DNA of 64,000 nt from Alkalispirochaeta sp. GTDB taxonomy: Bacteria; Spirochaetota; Spirochaetia; DSM-27196; Alkalispirochaetaceae. The notes beneath the pieces are model-generated. The model saw nothing but the letters and a program-made list of their open reading frames with translations, ran no database searches and was not told where the DNA came from. Positions 22,205-33,315 of the stretch are shown piece by piece (the stretch's first letter is position 1; the number at the start of each line of letters is the position of its first letter). Both the position numbers and the translations under genes were made by a program. The stretch spans positions 1-64,000 of the forward strand of contig CBDESZ010000026.1 in assembly GCA_965242725.1 (NCBI GenBank), written 5' to 3'.

Positions 22205-22217
22205 GGAGCGACGCCGT

Positions 22218-25200
22218 ATGCGAGATATTCAAGATTTTGACGCGATTACCATAAAACTGGCCTCTCCGGAGCAGATCCGTGCATGGAGCTACGGCGAGGT
22301 CAAAAAGCCGGAAACGATAAACTACCGGACCCTCCGACCCGAGAAAGACGGCCTCTTCTGCGAGCGTATCTTCGGGACGACCAAGGAATGGGAGTGTTAC
22401 TGCGGAAAGTTCAAGAGCATCCGGTACAAAGGGGTCATTTGTGACCGCTGTGGTGTGGAAGTCGCGCACCCCAAGGTCCGTCGTGAACGGATGGGCCATA
22501 TCGAGCTCTCAAGCCCCGTTTCCCATATCTGGTACTACCGGTCCGTTCCCTCCCGGATGGGGCTGCTGCTGGACCTTTCCGTCTCGGAATTGCGGTCCAT
22601 TCTCTACTACGAGAAGTACATCGTCATCGATCCGGGTGACACCGACCTGAAGAAAATGGAACTTCTCACGGAAGAGGACTACATGGAGGCCAAGGAGCGC
22701 TACGGTATGTCTTTTTCCGCCGGCATCGGCGCCGAGGCGATCCGGTCGCTCCTTGAAGAGCTTGACCTTGAAGCGCTTTCGGTGGAGCTGCGGGAACAGA
22801 TGGTCACCAAAGGCGCCAAATCGGACAAGCGTCTCCTCAAGCGGATCGAAATCGTAGAAAACTTCCGGGACAGCGGTAACGAGCCGGCGTGGATGGTCAT
22901 GGATGTGATTCCCGTCATTCCACCGGAACTGCGGCCGATGGTACAGCTTGACGGCGGCCGGTTTGCAACGAGCGACCTGAACGACCTGTACCGCCGCGTC
23001 ATCAACCGGAACAATCGTCTCAAGCGACTCCTTTCACTGAACGCGCCGGACATCATCATTCGCAATGAGAAACGGATGCTTCAGGAAGCGGTGGACGCCC
23101 TTTTTGACAACAGCAAAAAGAAACGCGTCGTGAAGGGTGCGAGCAATCGGCCCCTGAAGAGTCTGTCGGATATGCTGAAAGGGAAGCAGGGACGATTCAG
23201 ACAGAACCTGCTCGGAAAGCGTGTCGACTACTCGGGTCGGTCCGTCATCGTCGTCGGCCCGGAGCTCAAGCTTCATCAATGTGGTCTGCCCACGAAGATG
23301 GCCCTGGAGCTCTTCAAGCCCTTTATCATGAAGAAACTCGTCGAAAAGGACGTGGTCTACAATATCAAGCGCGCCAAGACGCTGGTAGAGCAGGCGACAC
23401 CGGAAGTGTTTGCGGTGCTCGATGAAGTGGTCAGGGAGCACCCGGTCATGCTGAACCGTGCACCGACGCTGCATCGCCTCGGTATACAGGCCTTTGAGCC
23501 CGTTCTTGTCGACGGGAAGGCGATCAAGCTTCATCCGCTTGTGTGCCACGCCTACAACGCCGACTTTGACGGTGACCAGATGGCGGTACACGTTCCGTTG
23601 ACCCAGGCAGCCCAGATCGAGGCGTGGACACTGATGCTCTCGTCCCGGAACCTCCTGGATCCGGCAAACGGACAGCCCATCGTCTTTCCGAGCCAAGACA
23701 TGGTTCTGGGAATCAACTATCTCACCCGAGCCCGTGAAGGAGCCCGGGGTGAGGGCAAGGTATTCCCCTCATTTCACGACGTCATTCTGGCGGTTGACGC
23801 AAAGGCGATTGAGTACGCGGCGTTGATCAAGGTGCCCATTGACGGCGAAATGACGGATACGACGGCGGGACGGGTCCTGCTGAACGAAGAAATGCCCCCT
23901 GAAGTCCCCTTCATCAATAAGGCGCTGGGAGACAAAGAGCTGCGCCGCCTGATCAGTGAGATCTATCAGGAGCGCGGTCCGGCGGTAACGGTGAAAATGC
24001 TCGATGTCATTAAGGCGATGGGTTTCAAGTATGCAACCCTCTTTGGAGCCACCATCGGTATCGACGACATCATCGTACCGGAAAGCAAGCGGGAGATGAT
24101 CGAGGTCGCCAACAACGAAGTAGCCTCCATACACAACCAGTATCTCACCGGTGTCATTACCCAGGACGAGCGGTACAACAAGGTTGTTGAGGTCTGGAGT
24201 AAGACCAACGAAGATCTCACAAATGAAATGATGAAAATCCTCCAGGGTGACCGCGGAGGCTTCAACCCCGTATACATGATGGCCGACTCCGGCGCCCGTG
24301 GTAGCCGCAGTCAGATTCGTCAGCTCGCCGGTATGCGTGGTCTTATGGCGAAACCGTCGGGTGACATTATCGAGCTGCCGATTCGCTCCAACTTCAAGGA
24401 GGGGCTGTCGGTGATCGAGTTCTTTATCTCCACAAACGGTGCCCGTAAAGGTCTCGCCGACACGGCCTTGAAAACTGCAGACGCCGGGTACCTTACCCGC
24501 CGTCTCGTCGATATCGCCCAGGATGTGGTCGTTACGAAGGAAGATTGCGGAACCATTAACGGTATCGACATGACCGCCCTCAAGGACGGTGAGGAGATCG
24601 TCGAAACGCTCTCGGACAGGATTCGGGGTCGCTTTACCCTTGAACGGGTAAAACACCCGATAACCGGTGAAGTGATCATCGACGTCAACCAGGAAATCAG
24701 CGACACCATCGCCGAAGAAATTGAAGAAGCGGGTATCGAGCACGTGAAGATTCGTACCGTACTCACCTGTGAAGCGGAATACGGGGTGTGTCAGAAGTGT
24801 TACGGTCGAAACCTTGCGGACAACCGGCTCGTCAATATCGGTGAAGCCGTCGGCATTATTGCGGCCCAGTCCATCGGACAACCGGGTACCCAGCTGACGA
24901 TGCGTACCTTCCATATCGGTGGTGCCGCAACCAAGACGAGCGAAGAAAACCGGACCTACTTGAGCTACCCCGCGGTCGTCCGTAGGGTGGAGGGAAGTAC
25001 AATCACCTTCAAGGACGGGACAACGCTGTTCACCCGGAAGGGATACCTCTTTGCTTCCCGGATACTCGGCAAGTACGAGATCGGAAAGAAAGATGAGCTC
25101 CTGGTGAAACACGACGACAAGATCGTCCGTGGCCAGACGATCATTAAGCGGGGGACGGAAGACGTTCTCGCCGAGGACAACGCCTACGCCCTTCTTGAGG

Positions 25201-26456
25201 ACAATGTCCTGTATCTCATCGGGCAGGAGCAGCGGCTGGAAATCCGGAACGGTGCGGAGCTGCTTGTGAAGGTCGGGGAGCTCATGGATGCCGATACGAC
25301 CATCGCCACCTTTGACCCCTTCAGCGAGCCGATCATCAGTGAATATGGCGGAACCGTCAAGTTCAAGGATATCGTCAAGGGAACGACCCTCAAGGAAGAG
25401 ATCAACGAAGAGACGGGAAATACGGAAAACAAGATCGTTGAGCACCCCGTTGAAAATATGCAGCCTAGTCTCGTCATCGTGGACAAAGACGACAATGAAG
25501 TCTTCTCCTACGCCGTGCCCAACAGCGCCTATCTCAGCGTCGTGGACGGTCAGGAGATAGAAGAGGGCCACATTCTCGCAAAGATGCTGAAAGAGAGCGT
25601 CAAGACGCGGGATATTACCGGTGGTCTTCCCCGGATCGGTGAACTCTTTGAAGCGCGTCGACCCAAGAACGCTGCGGTGCTCGCGCAGATCAGCGGTACC
25701 GTCAAGATGGGTAACGTGGTCAAGGGCAAACGGGTCGTCATGGTTGAAGATCCCTGGGGACGTGAGTTCAAGCACATGGTGCCCATGGGGCGACACATGC
25801 TTGTCCGCGATCTCGATGAGGTTGAGGCGGGAGAGCCACTCTGTGACGGCGCAATTGATCCCCATGATGTTCTGTCGATTCTGGGAGAAAACGCGCTGCA
25901 GACCTTCCTTGTAAATGAAGTCCAGGAGGTCTATCGTCTGCAGGGTGTAAACATCAACGACAAGCATATCGGCGTGATCATTCGCCAGATGATGCGGAAA
26001 CTGGAGATCGTCCAGGTTGGTGACACCCGTTTCATCTTTGGACAGCAGGTTGACAAGCACAAGTTCCACGAGGAAAACCGCAGGGTGACAAAGCAGGGCG
26101 GACAGCCCGCCGTCGGACGGCCGCTGCTCCTCGGTATCACCAGGGCCAGTCTCAATATTGACTCCTTTATCAGTGCGGCGAGCTTCCAGGAGACAACCCG
26201 GGTGCTTACAAACGCCGCCATCGCGGGAACGACGGACCAGCTGCGCGGACTGAAGGAAAACGTGGTAATCGGCCACCTCATTCCCGCGGGTACGGGAATG
26301 CGTCACTACAAGGAAATTCGCCTCTTCGACGATGAGACGGAAGACCTTGAGGCCCATGTATCGCAAATACTTGAAGCCCGGGCAAAAGAGAAGGCCGAAG
26401 AGGAAGAGATGGGCGAAAATATCGATGTGGATGTGGAAGTCGAGGTGTCCGAATAA
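22218..26456 (+). CDS. rpoC: DNA-directed RNA polymerase subunit beta'
   Basis: NADFDGD catalytic motif, Zn ribbon CYCG..CDRC. Confidence 0.99.
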   Translation: MRDIQDFDAITIKLASPEQIRAWSYGEVKKPETINYRTLRPEKDGLFCERIFGTTKEWECYCGKFKSIRYKGVICDRCGVEVAHPKVRRERMGHIELSSPVSHIWYYRSVPSRMGLLLDLSVSELRSILYYEKYIVIDPGDTDLKKMELLTEEDYMEAKERYGMSFSAGIGAEAIRSLLEELDLEALSVELREQMVTKGAKSDKRLLKRIEIVENFRDSGNEPAWMVMDVIPVIPPELRPMVQLDGGRFATSDLNDLYRRVINRNNRLKRLLSLNAPDIIIRNEKRMLQEAVDALFDNSKKKRVVKGASNRPLKSLSDMLKGKQGRFRQNLLGKRVDYSGRSVIVVGPELKLHQCGLPTKMALELFKPFIMKKLVEKDVVYNIKRAKTLVEQATPEVFAVLDEVVREHPVMLNRAPTLHRLGIQAFEPVLVDGKAIKLHPLVCHAYNADFDGDQMAVHVPLTQAAQIEAWTLMLSSRNLLDPANGQPIVFPSQDMVLGINYLTRAREGARGEGKVFPSFHDVILAVDAKAIEYAALIKVPIDGEMTDTTAGRVLLNEEMPPEVPFINKALGDKELRRLISEIYQERGPAVTVKMLDVIKAMGFKYATLFGATIGIDDIIVPESKREMIEVANNEVASIHNQYLTGVITQDERYNKVVEVWSKTNEDLTNEMMKILQGDRGGFNPVYMMADSGARGSRSQIRQLAGMRGLMAKPSGDIIELPIRSNFKEGLSVIEFFISTNGARKGLADTALKTADAGYLTRRLVDIAQDVVVTKEDCGTINGIDMTALKDGEEIVETLSDRIRGRFTLERVKHPITGEVIIDVNQEISDTIAEEIEEAGIEHVKIRTVLTCEAEYGVCQKCYGRNLADNRLVNIGEAVGIIAAQSIGQPGTQLTMRTFHIGGAATKTSEENRTYLSYPAVVRRVEGSTITFKDGTTLFTRKGYLFASRILGKYEIGKKDELLVKHDDKIVRGQTIIKRGTEDVLAEDNAYALLEDNVLYLIGQEQRLEIRNGAELLVKVGELMDADTTIATFDPFSEPIISEYGGTVKFKDIVKGTTLKEEINEETGNTENKIVEHPVENMQPSLVIVDKDDNEVFSYAVPNSAYLSVVDGQEIEEGHILAKMLKESVKTRDITGGLPRIGELFEARRPKNAAVLAQISGTVKMGNVVKGKRVVMVEDPWGREFKHMVPMGRHMLVRDLDEVEAGEPLCDGAIDPHDVLSILGENALQTFLVNEVQEVYRLQGVNINDKHIGVIIRQMMRKLEIVQVGDTRFIFGQQVDKHKFHEENRRVTKQGGQPAVGRPLLLGITRASLNIDSFISAASFQETTRVLTNAAIAGTTDQLRGLKENVVIGHLIPAGTGMRHYKEIRLFDDETEDLEAHVSQILEARAKEKAEEEEMGENIDVDVEVEVSE

Positions 26457-26490
26457 GCGGACGAAATTGGAGGGCACGGGCCGTCCGGTC

Positions 26491-26519
26491 TTGACACCGG
26501 CGGTCCGGTTTGGTACTGT
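26491..26519 (+). promoter_or_regulatory. sigma70 promoter for rpsL-rpsG
   Basis: TTGACA-N17-TACTGT with extended TG. Confidence 0.65.
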
Positions 26520-26555
26520 GCCCGTCTACGAGAAAAACGGAGATTAAGTGAAACG

Positions 26556-26930
26556 ATGCCGACTGTAAATCAATTGATTCGTAAAGGACGTGTTCGACAA
26601 TTCAAGAACACAAAGTCGCCGGCGTTGCAGAATTGCCCCCAGAAGAGAGGGGTTTGCACCCGGGTAATGACGGTAACTCCCAAGAAGCCGAACTCCGCGC
26701 TCCGGAAGGTCGCTCGTGTTCGCCTTTCAAACGGTATTGAGGTAACCGCGTATATACCCGGTATTGGCCACAATCTGCAGGAGCACTCGGTTGTGCTGCT
26801 GCGAGGCGGCAGGGTGAAGGATCTTCCCGGTGTCCGGTATCATATTGTTCGAGGTACCAAAGACACCCTTGGCGTGGAAGATCGACGTAAAGCACGGTCC
26901 AAATACGGGACCAAACGGCCGAAGGCGTAG
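26556..26930 (+). CDS. rpsL: 30S ribosomal protein S12
   Basis: [19 protein letters not shown]. Confidence 0.98.
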   Translation: MPTVNQLIRKGRVRQFKNTKSPALQNCPQKRGVCTRVMTVTPKKPNSALRKVARVRLSNGIEVTAYIPGIGHNLQEHSVVLLRGGRVKDLPGVRYHIVRGTKDTLGVEDRRKARSKYGTKRPKA

Positions 26931-26938
26931 GAGGTCAT

Positions 26939-27412
26939 ATGCCGAGACGACATATTCCTCAGCGAAAGCCGCCGCTTGCGGATCCGGTGCATAACGACGT
27001 TACGGTTTCCCGCTTTGTCAATCGAATGATGCTGCACGGGAAGCGCTCGATCAGCCAGGGAATCATACACGAAGCCCTCGCTGAATTGGGTCAAAAGGTC
27101 ACCGATAAGACCCCGGTAGAGGTTTTTCATGCCGCACTTGAAAATGTGCAGCCCATGATAGAGGTAAAGAGCCGACGCGTCGGTGGATCTACCTACCAGG
27201 TACCGGTGGAAATCAAGGACAATCGTCGGGAAGCACTCGCCATGAGATGGATCATCCAGGCGGCGCGTTCGCGCAGCGGGAAATCGATGGGGCAGCGTCT
27301 GAGTCAGGAACTTCTGGACGCGTACAACGGAACGGGAACCGCTTTCAAGAAGAAAGAGGATACCCACCGTATGGCGGAAGCGAACAAGGCGTTTGCTCAC
27401 TACCGCTGGTAG
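26939..27412 (+). CDS. rpsG: 30S ribosomal protein S7
   Basis: SRRVGGSTYQVP, C-terminal MAEANKAFAHYRW. Confidence 0.98.
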   Translation: MPRRHIPQRKPPLADPVHNDVTVSRFVNRMMLHGKRSISQGIIHEALAELGQKVTDKTPVEVFHAALENVQPMIEVKSRRVGGSTYQVPVEIKDNRREALAMRWIIQAARSRSGKSMGQRLSQELLDAYNGTGTAFKKKEDTHRMAEANKAFAHYRW

Positions 27413-27635
27413 CGAGCAAGCCGCCCTGAGATATCGCTTCGCGAATCTCTACGAGCTTTCGCGCATTACCGCTGGTAATCCGCGAAGAGCTACTGCGATA
27501 TCGCTTCGCGAATCGCCGCGAGCGTTTGCTCACTACCGCTGGTAGCGAGTAAGCCGCCCTGAGATATCGCTTCGCGAATCTCTACGAGCTTTCGCGCATT
27601 ACCGCTGGTAGCGAGTGAATCGCTACGGGATATCG
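27389..27635 (+). repeat. Tandem array of four 66-67 bp units, each starting with the last seven rpsG codons plus stop; two alternating sequence versions
   Basis: Unit starts 27389, 27455, 27522, 27588; 27389-27477 and 27522-27610 differ at one base; shared cores TACCGCTGGTA and GATATCGCTTCGCGAATC. Confidence 0.93.
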
Positions 27636-27687
27636 AACGCATGTGCCGGAAACGGCATCCCCGGAATAACGGGGGGGTAGATGACAA

Positions 27688-27722
27688 CAGACGTTTCCGA
27701 TACAATGGAAACGTCTGGTTTT
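27688..27722 (+). terminator. Probable intrinsic terminator downstream of rpsG
   Basis: 11-bp perfect stem CAGACGTTTCC/GGAAACGTCTG followed by GTTTT. Confidence 0.6.
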
Positions 27723-27846
27723 GGGAGCGTGTGTCTGCGGAGTTACCGCAGATAAACTGGTCCTGAGGAGCCAAACCGCGCAATTCAGCGTAGGTGGCGA
27801 CGGTAACTCGATCGTTGATCGAGAAACACTTCGCATTACGCGGTCC

Positions 27847-27876
27847 TTGACAACAAGGGCCCGGCTTCCTTATAAT
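27847..27876 (+). promoter_or_regulatory. Consensus sigma70 promoter for tuf
   Basis: TTGACA-N18-TATAAT. Confidence 0.8.
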
Positions 27877-27977
27877 CCAGCTCCCATATCAGCGGGCCGA
27901 AAAGCGTTAGCCGATCGGAACAAGGCTGAAAATTACAATCAGAATACTGTCGTTGTAACGTTGCAAGGAGGACGACA

Positions 27978-29168
27978 ATGGCCAAGGGCAAATTTGAAAG
28001 GACAAAACCGCATGTTAACGTCGGAACGATCGGTCACGTAGACCATGGTAAGACGACGCTGACTGCCGCAATGACCATGGTGAGTGCCGCGAAGTTCGGC
28101 TCCAAGGTCATGAGCTACGAGGAAATCGACAACGCTCCTGAAGAAAAAGAGCGCGGTATTACCATTAATACCCGGCACGTAGAGTATGAGACGGACAATC
28201 GTCACTACGCGCACGTCGACTGTCCCGGGCACGCCGACTACATCAAGAACATGATCACCGGTGCCGCCCAGATGGACGGTGCGATCCTCGTTGTCGCTGC
28301 AACAGATGGTGCCATGTCACAGACTCGTGAACACATTCTTCTTGCTCGACAGGTTGGTGTTCCGAAAATTATCGTGTTTATCAACAAGACCGACCAGGTT
28401 GATGATCCCGACATGATCGAACTTGTTGAAGAGGAAGTTCGTGACCTGCTGAACAGCTACGATTTCCCCGGTGACGAGGTCCCGGTGATCAAGGGAAGCG
28501 CCTTCATTTCCATGGAGAATCACGCTGATCCTGAGAAGACGAAGGAAATCCACGAGCTCTTTGAAGCGATGGACACCTACTTTCCGATTCCCGAGCGGGA
28601 CATTGACAAAGATTTCCTCATGCCGATTGAAGATATCTTCTCCATTCAGGGACGGGGAACTGTTGTTACCGGTCGTATCGAACGGGGAATCATCAAGGTT
28701 GGTGACGAAATCGAGATCGTCGGTATTCGTGACACCAAAAAAACGACCTGTACCGGTGTTGAGATGTTCAACAAGCTTCTCGATGAAGGACAGGCTGGTG
28801 ACAATATTGGCGCGCTCCTTCGTGGTGTTGAGAAGAAAGAAGTTGAGCGTGGACAGGTCCTGGCAAAGCCGGGTTCAATCACTCCCCATACCAAGTTCAA
28901 GGGTCAGGTTTACGCCCTGAGCAAGGAAGAGGGTGGTCGTCACTCTCCGTTCATGAGCGGGTATCGTCCGCAGTTCTACTTCCGGACGACCGACGTGACG
29001 GGAACCGTTACGCTGTCGGGTGACAAGCAGATGGTTATGCCTGGTGACAACACGGAAATTGATGTTGAGCTGATTAAGCCGATCGCTATGGATAAGGGGC
29101 TTCGCTTCGCTATTCGCGAAGGTGGTCGGACCGTAGCAAGTGGTCAGGTAATCGAAGTCGTCGAGTAA
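27978..29168 (+). CDS. tuf: Elongation factor Tu
   Basis: [27 protein letters not shown]. Confidence 0.99.
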   Translation: MAKGKFERTKPHVNVGTIGHVDHGKTTLTAAMTMVSAAKFGSKVMSYEEIDNAPEEKERGITINTRHVEYETDNRHYAHVDCPGHADYIKNMITGAAQMDGAILVVAATDGAMSQTREHILLARQVGVPKIIVFINKTDQVDDPDMIELVEEEVRDLLNSYDFPGDEVPVIKGSAFISMENHADPEKTKEIHELFEAMDTYFPIPERDIDKDFLMPIEDIFSIQGRGTVVTGRIERGIIKVGDEIEIVGIRDTKKTTCTGVEMFNKLLDEGQAGDNIGALLRGVEKKEVERGQVLAKPGSITPHTKFKGQVYALSKEEGGRHSPFMSGYRPQFYFRTTDVTGTVTLSGDKQMVMPGDNTEIDVELIKPIAMDKGLRFAIREGGRTVASGQVIEVVE

Positions 29169-29185
29169 CCTGCTTACTTGGCTGT

Positions 29186-29225
29186 AATTAAGCCTTGTTG
29201 CTCTTGCGATAAGGCTTAATTTTTT
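29186..29225 (+). terminator. Terminator/attenuator hairpin between tuf and rpsJ
   Basis: AATTAAGCCTTGTTGC..GCGATAAGGCTTAATT stem plus T-run. Confidence 0.75.
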
Positions 29226-29240
29226 GTCTTTGGAGGAACA

Positions 29241-29549
29241 ATGCCTGGGGAAAAAATCCGGGTTCGGTTGCGTGGTTTCGATGTCGGCCTCGTGGACCAG
29301 AGCGCGGCTTCAATCGTGCAGACGGTAACAAAAGCCGGGGCCAATGTGTCCGGGCCGATACCGTTGCCGACGCGAATCAACAAATTTACCGTTCTACGTT
29401 CACCTCATGTGAATAAGAAATCGCGCGAGCAGTTTGAGATGCGTACGCATAAGCGGCTGATTGACATAATTGAACCTTCGTCGGCAGTCATGGACTCGCT
29501 GATGAAGCTTGAATTGCCCGCCGGTGTGGACGTAGAGATCAAGCAGTAA
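29241..29549 (+). CDS. rpsJ: 30S ribosomal protein S10
   Basis: [21 protein letters not shown]. Confidence 0.98.
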   Translation: MPGEKIRVRLRGFDVGLVDQSAASIVQTVTKAGANVSGPIPLPTRINKFTVLRSPHVNKKSREQFEMRTHKRLIDIIEPSSAVMDSLMKLELPAGVDVEIKQ

Positions 29550-29561
29550 CAGGAAATAGAC

Positions 29562-30194
29562 ATGGTTGGTCTTATTGGAAGAAAAGTCGGTATGACGCAG
29601 ATCTTTAACGAGCAGGGCGCTCTCGTGCCGGTTACGGTACTGAAGGTCGAACCCAACCTCGTAATACAGCGTCGTACTGAAGAGAAAGACGGATATTCCG
29701 CCGTCGTTCTTGGAGCCCACGGGAAAAAAGAATCCCGGACACGGAAAGCCGATCTGGGACAGCTTCCGGAAGGTGCTGCACCGCGGAAGGATCTCTTTGA
29801 ATTTCGAGACTTCGACGGTGATGTATCGGTGGGTGACGAGCTGACGCTGCAGCTTTTTAAGGATGTGGCGTTTGTAGATATCACGGGAACGTCAAAAGGT
29901 AAGGGCTTTCAGGGTGTCATGAAGCGCCACAACTTTGGTGGTGGTCGCAAGACACACGGCTCAAAGTTCCATCGCGCAAACGGTTCGACAGGTATGGCTG
30001 CGTGGCCTTCAAAGGTCATCAAGGGTACCAAGATGGCCGGTCGAATGGGTGGTGAACAGAGCACCGTACTGAGCCTGCGTGTCGTCGAGGTGGACGAAGA
30101 GGAAAACCTTTTGCTTGTCCGCGGCGCCGTTCCCGGGCGAAATGATTCGGTGGTGCGGATTCGTCCGGCCGTCAAGAAATCGGTGATCGGGTAA
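29562..30194 (+). CDS. rplC: 50S ribosomal protein L3
   Basis: [18 protein letters not shown]. Confidence 0.97.
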   Translation: MVGLIGRKVGMTQIFNEQGALVPVTVLKVEPNLVIQRRTEEKDGYSAVVLGAHGKKESRTRKADLGQLPEGAAPRKDLFEFRDFDGDVSVGDELTLQLFKDVAFVDITGTSKGKGFQGVMKRHNFGGGRKTHGSKFHRANGSTGMAAWPSKVIKGTKMAGRMGGEQSTVLSLRVVEVDEEENLLLVRGAVPGRNDSVVRIRPAVKKSVIG

Positions 30195-30204
30195 CAGGGC
30201 TTAG

Positions 30205-30840
30205 ATGATGGATGCAAAAGTATTGTCGAAAAAGGGAAAAGAGCTGCGCTCCCTGTCGCTGAACGACGACGTATTCGGTCGGGAAGTCAGCGAAGGGGCG
30301 ATTTATCACGCCATTCGGAACGAGCTCGCAAATCTGAGGCTCGGTACGGCGGCGACGCAGACTCGCGGACTCGTGAAGTTCAGCGGCCGCAAGCCGTGGA
30401 GACAGAAGGGTACAGGCCGCGCACGAGCGGGTTCCCGCCGGTCCCCCGTCTGGGTGGGTGGCGGTACCGCATTTGGGCCGCTCCCCCGGGATTACAGTTA
30501 TCGTCTTCCCCGGAAAATGAAGCGAGCCGCGATCCATTCCATTTTGTCTCAGAAAGCGGCGTCCGACGATCTTATCGTCATCGAGGACTTTACCGTTGAC
30601 AGTGGCAAGACGCGGGACATGGTCGCCCTTCTGCGGGGCGTTACGGATGCTCGCAAGGTCGTCCTTATTACCGGGCAGGATGATGCGATGGTAAAACGGG
30701 CGGCACGGAACATTCCGTGGCTGCAATTTCTTAACTGGAACCGTCTGCGCGCCCATGACTTGTTTTATGCACAGAAGGTCGTGGTGATGGAATCTGCAGC
30801 AAAGCAGCTGAGCGGCGTTGAAGCAGGGGGCGAAGCATGA
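30205..30840 (+). CDS. rplD: 50S ribosomal protein L4
   Basis: KPWRQKGTGRARAG. Confidence 0.97.
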   Translation: MMDAKVLSKKGKELRSLSLNDDVFGREVSEGAIYHAIRNELANLRLGTAATQTRGLVKFSGRKPWRQKGTGRARAGSRRSPVWVGGGTAFGPLPRDYSYRLPRKMKRAAIHSILSQKAASDDLIVIEDFTVDSGKTRDMVALLRGVTDARKVVLITGQDDAMVKRAARNIPWLQFLNWNRLRAHDLFYAQKVVVMESAAKQLSGVEAGGEA

Positions 30841-31121
30841 ATCCCGAACAGGTGATAATTGAACCGATACTGACGGAGAAAAGCAACGTTCTGCGTGAGT
30901 CGGGGGTGTACACGTTTCGGGTGAATCCGTCGTCCAACAAGATACAGATCAAACGGGCGGTGGCGGACCTTTTCAACGTGCACCCCGTGAAATGTCATGT
31001 ATTGACGGTAAAAGGGAAACCCAAACGGACGCGATACGCGAAAGGGAAGACGGCGTCGTGGAAGAAGGCCGTTGTGACCCTGGCGGAAGGCGAGCGTATT
31101 GCCGTCTTTGAAGGCGCGTAG
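30837..31121 (+). CDS. rplW: 50S ribosomal protein L23
   Basis: PILTEK, WKKAVVTL; operon position. Confidence 0.96.
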   Translation: MNPEQVIIEPILTEKSNVLRESGVYTFRVNPSSNKIQIKRAVADLFNVHPVKCHVLTVKGKPKRTRYAKGKTASWKKAVVTLAEGERIAVFEGA

Positions 31122-31133
31122 GAGTAACTGAAT

Positions 31134-31958
31134 ATGGCGATTAAAACCTATAAGCCCATTACGCCGGGCTTGCGGTTTAAGACGACACTCGTAAACGACC
31201 AGCTTACGGAAAAGAAGCCGGAGAAGGCGCTCACCAAGGGTGGGGCGTTCAAGGCGGGTCGGGACACAAACGGGCGTATCAGTGTTCGTCGAAAAGGTGG
31301 AAGAAACAAGCGGAAATATCGGGAGATAGACTTTGTGCGTAACAAGGTCGGAATTTCCGCCGTTGTGAAAGCTATCGAGTATGACCCGAACAGAAGTGCC
31401 AATATCGCTCTTCTGCATTATGCAGATGGTGAAAAGCGCTACATCATAGCGCCCCGGGGACTTCAGGTTGGAATGACCGTAGAAAACGGAGAGCACGCGG
31501 AACCGCGTGTGGGGAACTGTCTTCCTCTTCAAAACATTCCCGTTGGTACGGTGATTCACAACGTTGAGCTGCAGCTGGGAAAAGGCGGTCAGCTCGCCCG
31601 TGCCGCAGGCGCGTCGGCCACGCTCGCCGCTATTGAAGGCGATTACGTAACCGTCCGCCTTCCGTCGGGAGAGATGCGCATGGTCTTTCGGAAATGTCGC
31701 GCTACGGTCGGCATTGTTGGAAATGAAGACCACATGAACGTTTCCCTCGGGAAAGCAGGGCGCTCGCGATGGCTGGGACGTCGTCCCAAGGTGCGTGGTG
31801 TCGTCATGAACCCCGTCGATCATCCCCATGGTGGTGGTGAGGGTCGTACCAGCGGTGGCCGTCATCCGGTTTCACCCTGGGGTACGCCGACGAAGGGATA
31901 CAAGACACGGAAGAAGAGAAAGTCTTCCGGCAAGTTTATCGTGAAAAAGCGGAAATAG
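31134..31958 (+). CDS. rplB: 50S ribosomal protein L2
   Basis: [19 protein letters not shown]. Confidence 0.98.
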   Translation: MAIKTYKPITPGLRFKTTLVNDQLTEKKPEKALTKGGAFKAGRDTNGRISVRRKGGRNKRKYREIDFVRNKVGISAVVKAIEYDPNRSANIALLHYADGEKRYIIAPRGLQVGMTVENGEHAEPRVGNCLPLQNIPVGTVIHNVELQLGKGGQLARAAGASATLAAIEGDYVTVRLPSGEMRMVFRKCRATVGIVGNEDHMNVSLGKAGRSRWLGRRPKVRGVVMNPVDHPHGGGEGRTSGGRHPVSPWGTPTKGYKTRKKRKSSGKFIVKKRK

Positions 31959-31967
31959 GAGAAGGTC

Positions 31968-32249
31968 GTGTCACGTTCCATTAAAAAGGGCCCGTTTATC
32001 GAAAAGAGCTTGTACACCCGCGTATTGGCGATGAACAAGTCGGGCGAGAAAAAGATGATAAAGACCTATTCTCGGACCTCCACGATCATTCCTGAGATGG
32101 TTGGTCTTACGATCTCCGTCTACAACGGAAAGGCGTGGGTGCCGGTATATATCACTGAAAACCTTGTGGGACACAAACTCGGCGAGTTTTCTCCCACGCG
32201 GTTGTTTCGTGGACACGCCGGATCCGACAAGAAAGCCGGGAAGCGGTAA
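31968..32249 (+). CDS. rpsS: 30S ribosomal protein S19
   Basis: [22 protein letters not shown] start. Confidence 0.97.
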   Translation: MSRSIKKGPFIEKSLYTRVLAMNKSGEKKMIKTYSRTSTIIPEMVGLTISVYNGKAWVPVYITENLVGHKLGEFSPTRLFRGHAGSDKKAGKR

Positions 32250-32261
32250 AAGGATTAGACG

Positions 32262-32612
32262 ATGGGATACAAGGCAGAAGCCAAGTTTGTCCGGATTTCG
32301 CCGTTTAAAGCGCGGCGCGTTGCCGATATCGTTCGGCGCCGTCCGTATGTAGAAGCGGTTGCGATTTTGTCCAACATGCCCCACAAGGGAGCACGGCTGG
32401 TGAAGAAAGTCATTCAGTCGGCTGCGGCAAACGCGTTGAGCAATAACCGGAATCTGGATGAAGGGATGCTCGTTGTGAGCGAATTGTATGTCAATGAAGG
32501 GCCGCGGATGAAACGTCTTTGGGTGCGCGGTCGTGGTCGGGCGGATTTGTTGCTGAAGCGGATGAGTCATATCACCGCGGTAGTGGATCGCCTGGAACAG
32601 ACGGGAGAATAG
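32262..32612 (+). CDS. rplV: 50S ribosomal protein L22
   Basis: [18 protein letters not shown]. Confidence 0.96.
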   Translation: MGYKAEAKFVRISPFKARRVADIVRRRPYVEAVAILSNMPHKGARLVKKVIQSAAANALSNNRNLDEGMLVVSELYVNEGPRMKRLWVRGRGRADLLLKRMSHITAVVDRLEQTGE

Positions 32613-32613
32613 C

Positions 32614-33315
32614 GTGGGACAGAAAGTAAATCCGTACGGTCTGCGTCTGGGTATTAACAAAACCTGGCGGTCCAAGTGGTACGTCGATCCTCGGGAATAT
32701 GCCGATACGCTGCACGAAGACCTTCATCTCAGAAAGGTGCTGCACGATTCGCCGGAAGCGCGGAGCGCCGACATTGCCGAGGTGGAAGTGATTCGCCATC
32801 CTCAGCGCATTACGCTGGTGATTCATACCTCCCGACCGGGCGTCATCATCGGTACCAAGGGATCAAACATTGAGAAGATCGGTGCACGTCTCCAGAAGGC
32901 GGCGGGCAAGAAGATCCAGATCAAGATCAAAGAGATTAAACGGCCCGAAACGCACGCTCAGGTTGTGGCGCTGAATATTGCGCGGCAATTGCGCTCCCGT
33001 GGTTCATTTCGGCGAACACTGAAAATGGCGGTAAACAACGCCATGAAAGCGGGAATCCAGGGCGTGAAAATACACATCGCCGGGCGTCTCGGCGGAGCTG
33101 AAATGTCACGGACGGAACAGCAGAAGGCGGGACGGGTACCCCTTCATACGCTGCGGGCAAACATCGATTACGGTTTTGCCGAGTCCCAGACGACCTTCGG
33201 CACTATCGGCGTGAAGGTATGGATGTTCCATGGGGAAGTCCTGAGCAAAGAAACAAAGCAGGATGCCGGTGCCGTTGTTCGTAAGAAACGACAGACAAGC
33301 GGGAGGACTGCCTGA
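32614..33315 (+). CDS. rpsC: 30S ribosomal protein S3
   Basis: [26 protein letters not shown]. Confidence 0.97.
   Translation: MGQKVNPYGLRLGINKTWRSKWYVDPREYADTLHEDLHLRKVLHDSPEARSADIAEVEVIRHPQRITLVIHTSRPGVIIGTKGSNIEKIGARLQKAAGKKIQIKIKEIKRPETHAQVVALNIARQLRSRGSFRRTLKMAVNNAMKAGIQGVKIHIAGRLGGAEMSRTEQQKAGRVPLHTLRANIDYGFAESQTTFGTIGVKVWMFHGEVLSKETKQDAGAVVRKKRQTSGRTA

Noticed and set aside
18701..26456. Possible inteins or introns in rpoB/rpoC
   Set aside because: Lengths are ordinary and no splicing or homing-endonuclease motifs were seen.
23769..26477. 902-aa minus-strand ORF and other long antisense ORFs over rpoB/rpoC, suf, ribosomal and valS genes
   Set aside because: Shadow frames of strongly codon-biased genes; no recognisable motifs.
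27389..27635. CRISPR array interpretation of the 66-67 bp periodic repeats
   Set aside because: The repeats alternate between two versions, the 'spacers' are themselves repeated and similar to one another, the repeat is the rpsG coding end, and no cas genes are in the window.
27681..27755. 24-codon ORF MTTDVSDTMETSGFGSVCLRSYRR after a G-rich RBS-like stretch
   Set aside because: Very short, made up of hairpin-forming sequence, with no supporting features.
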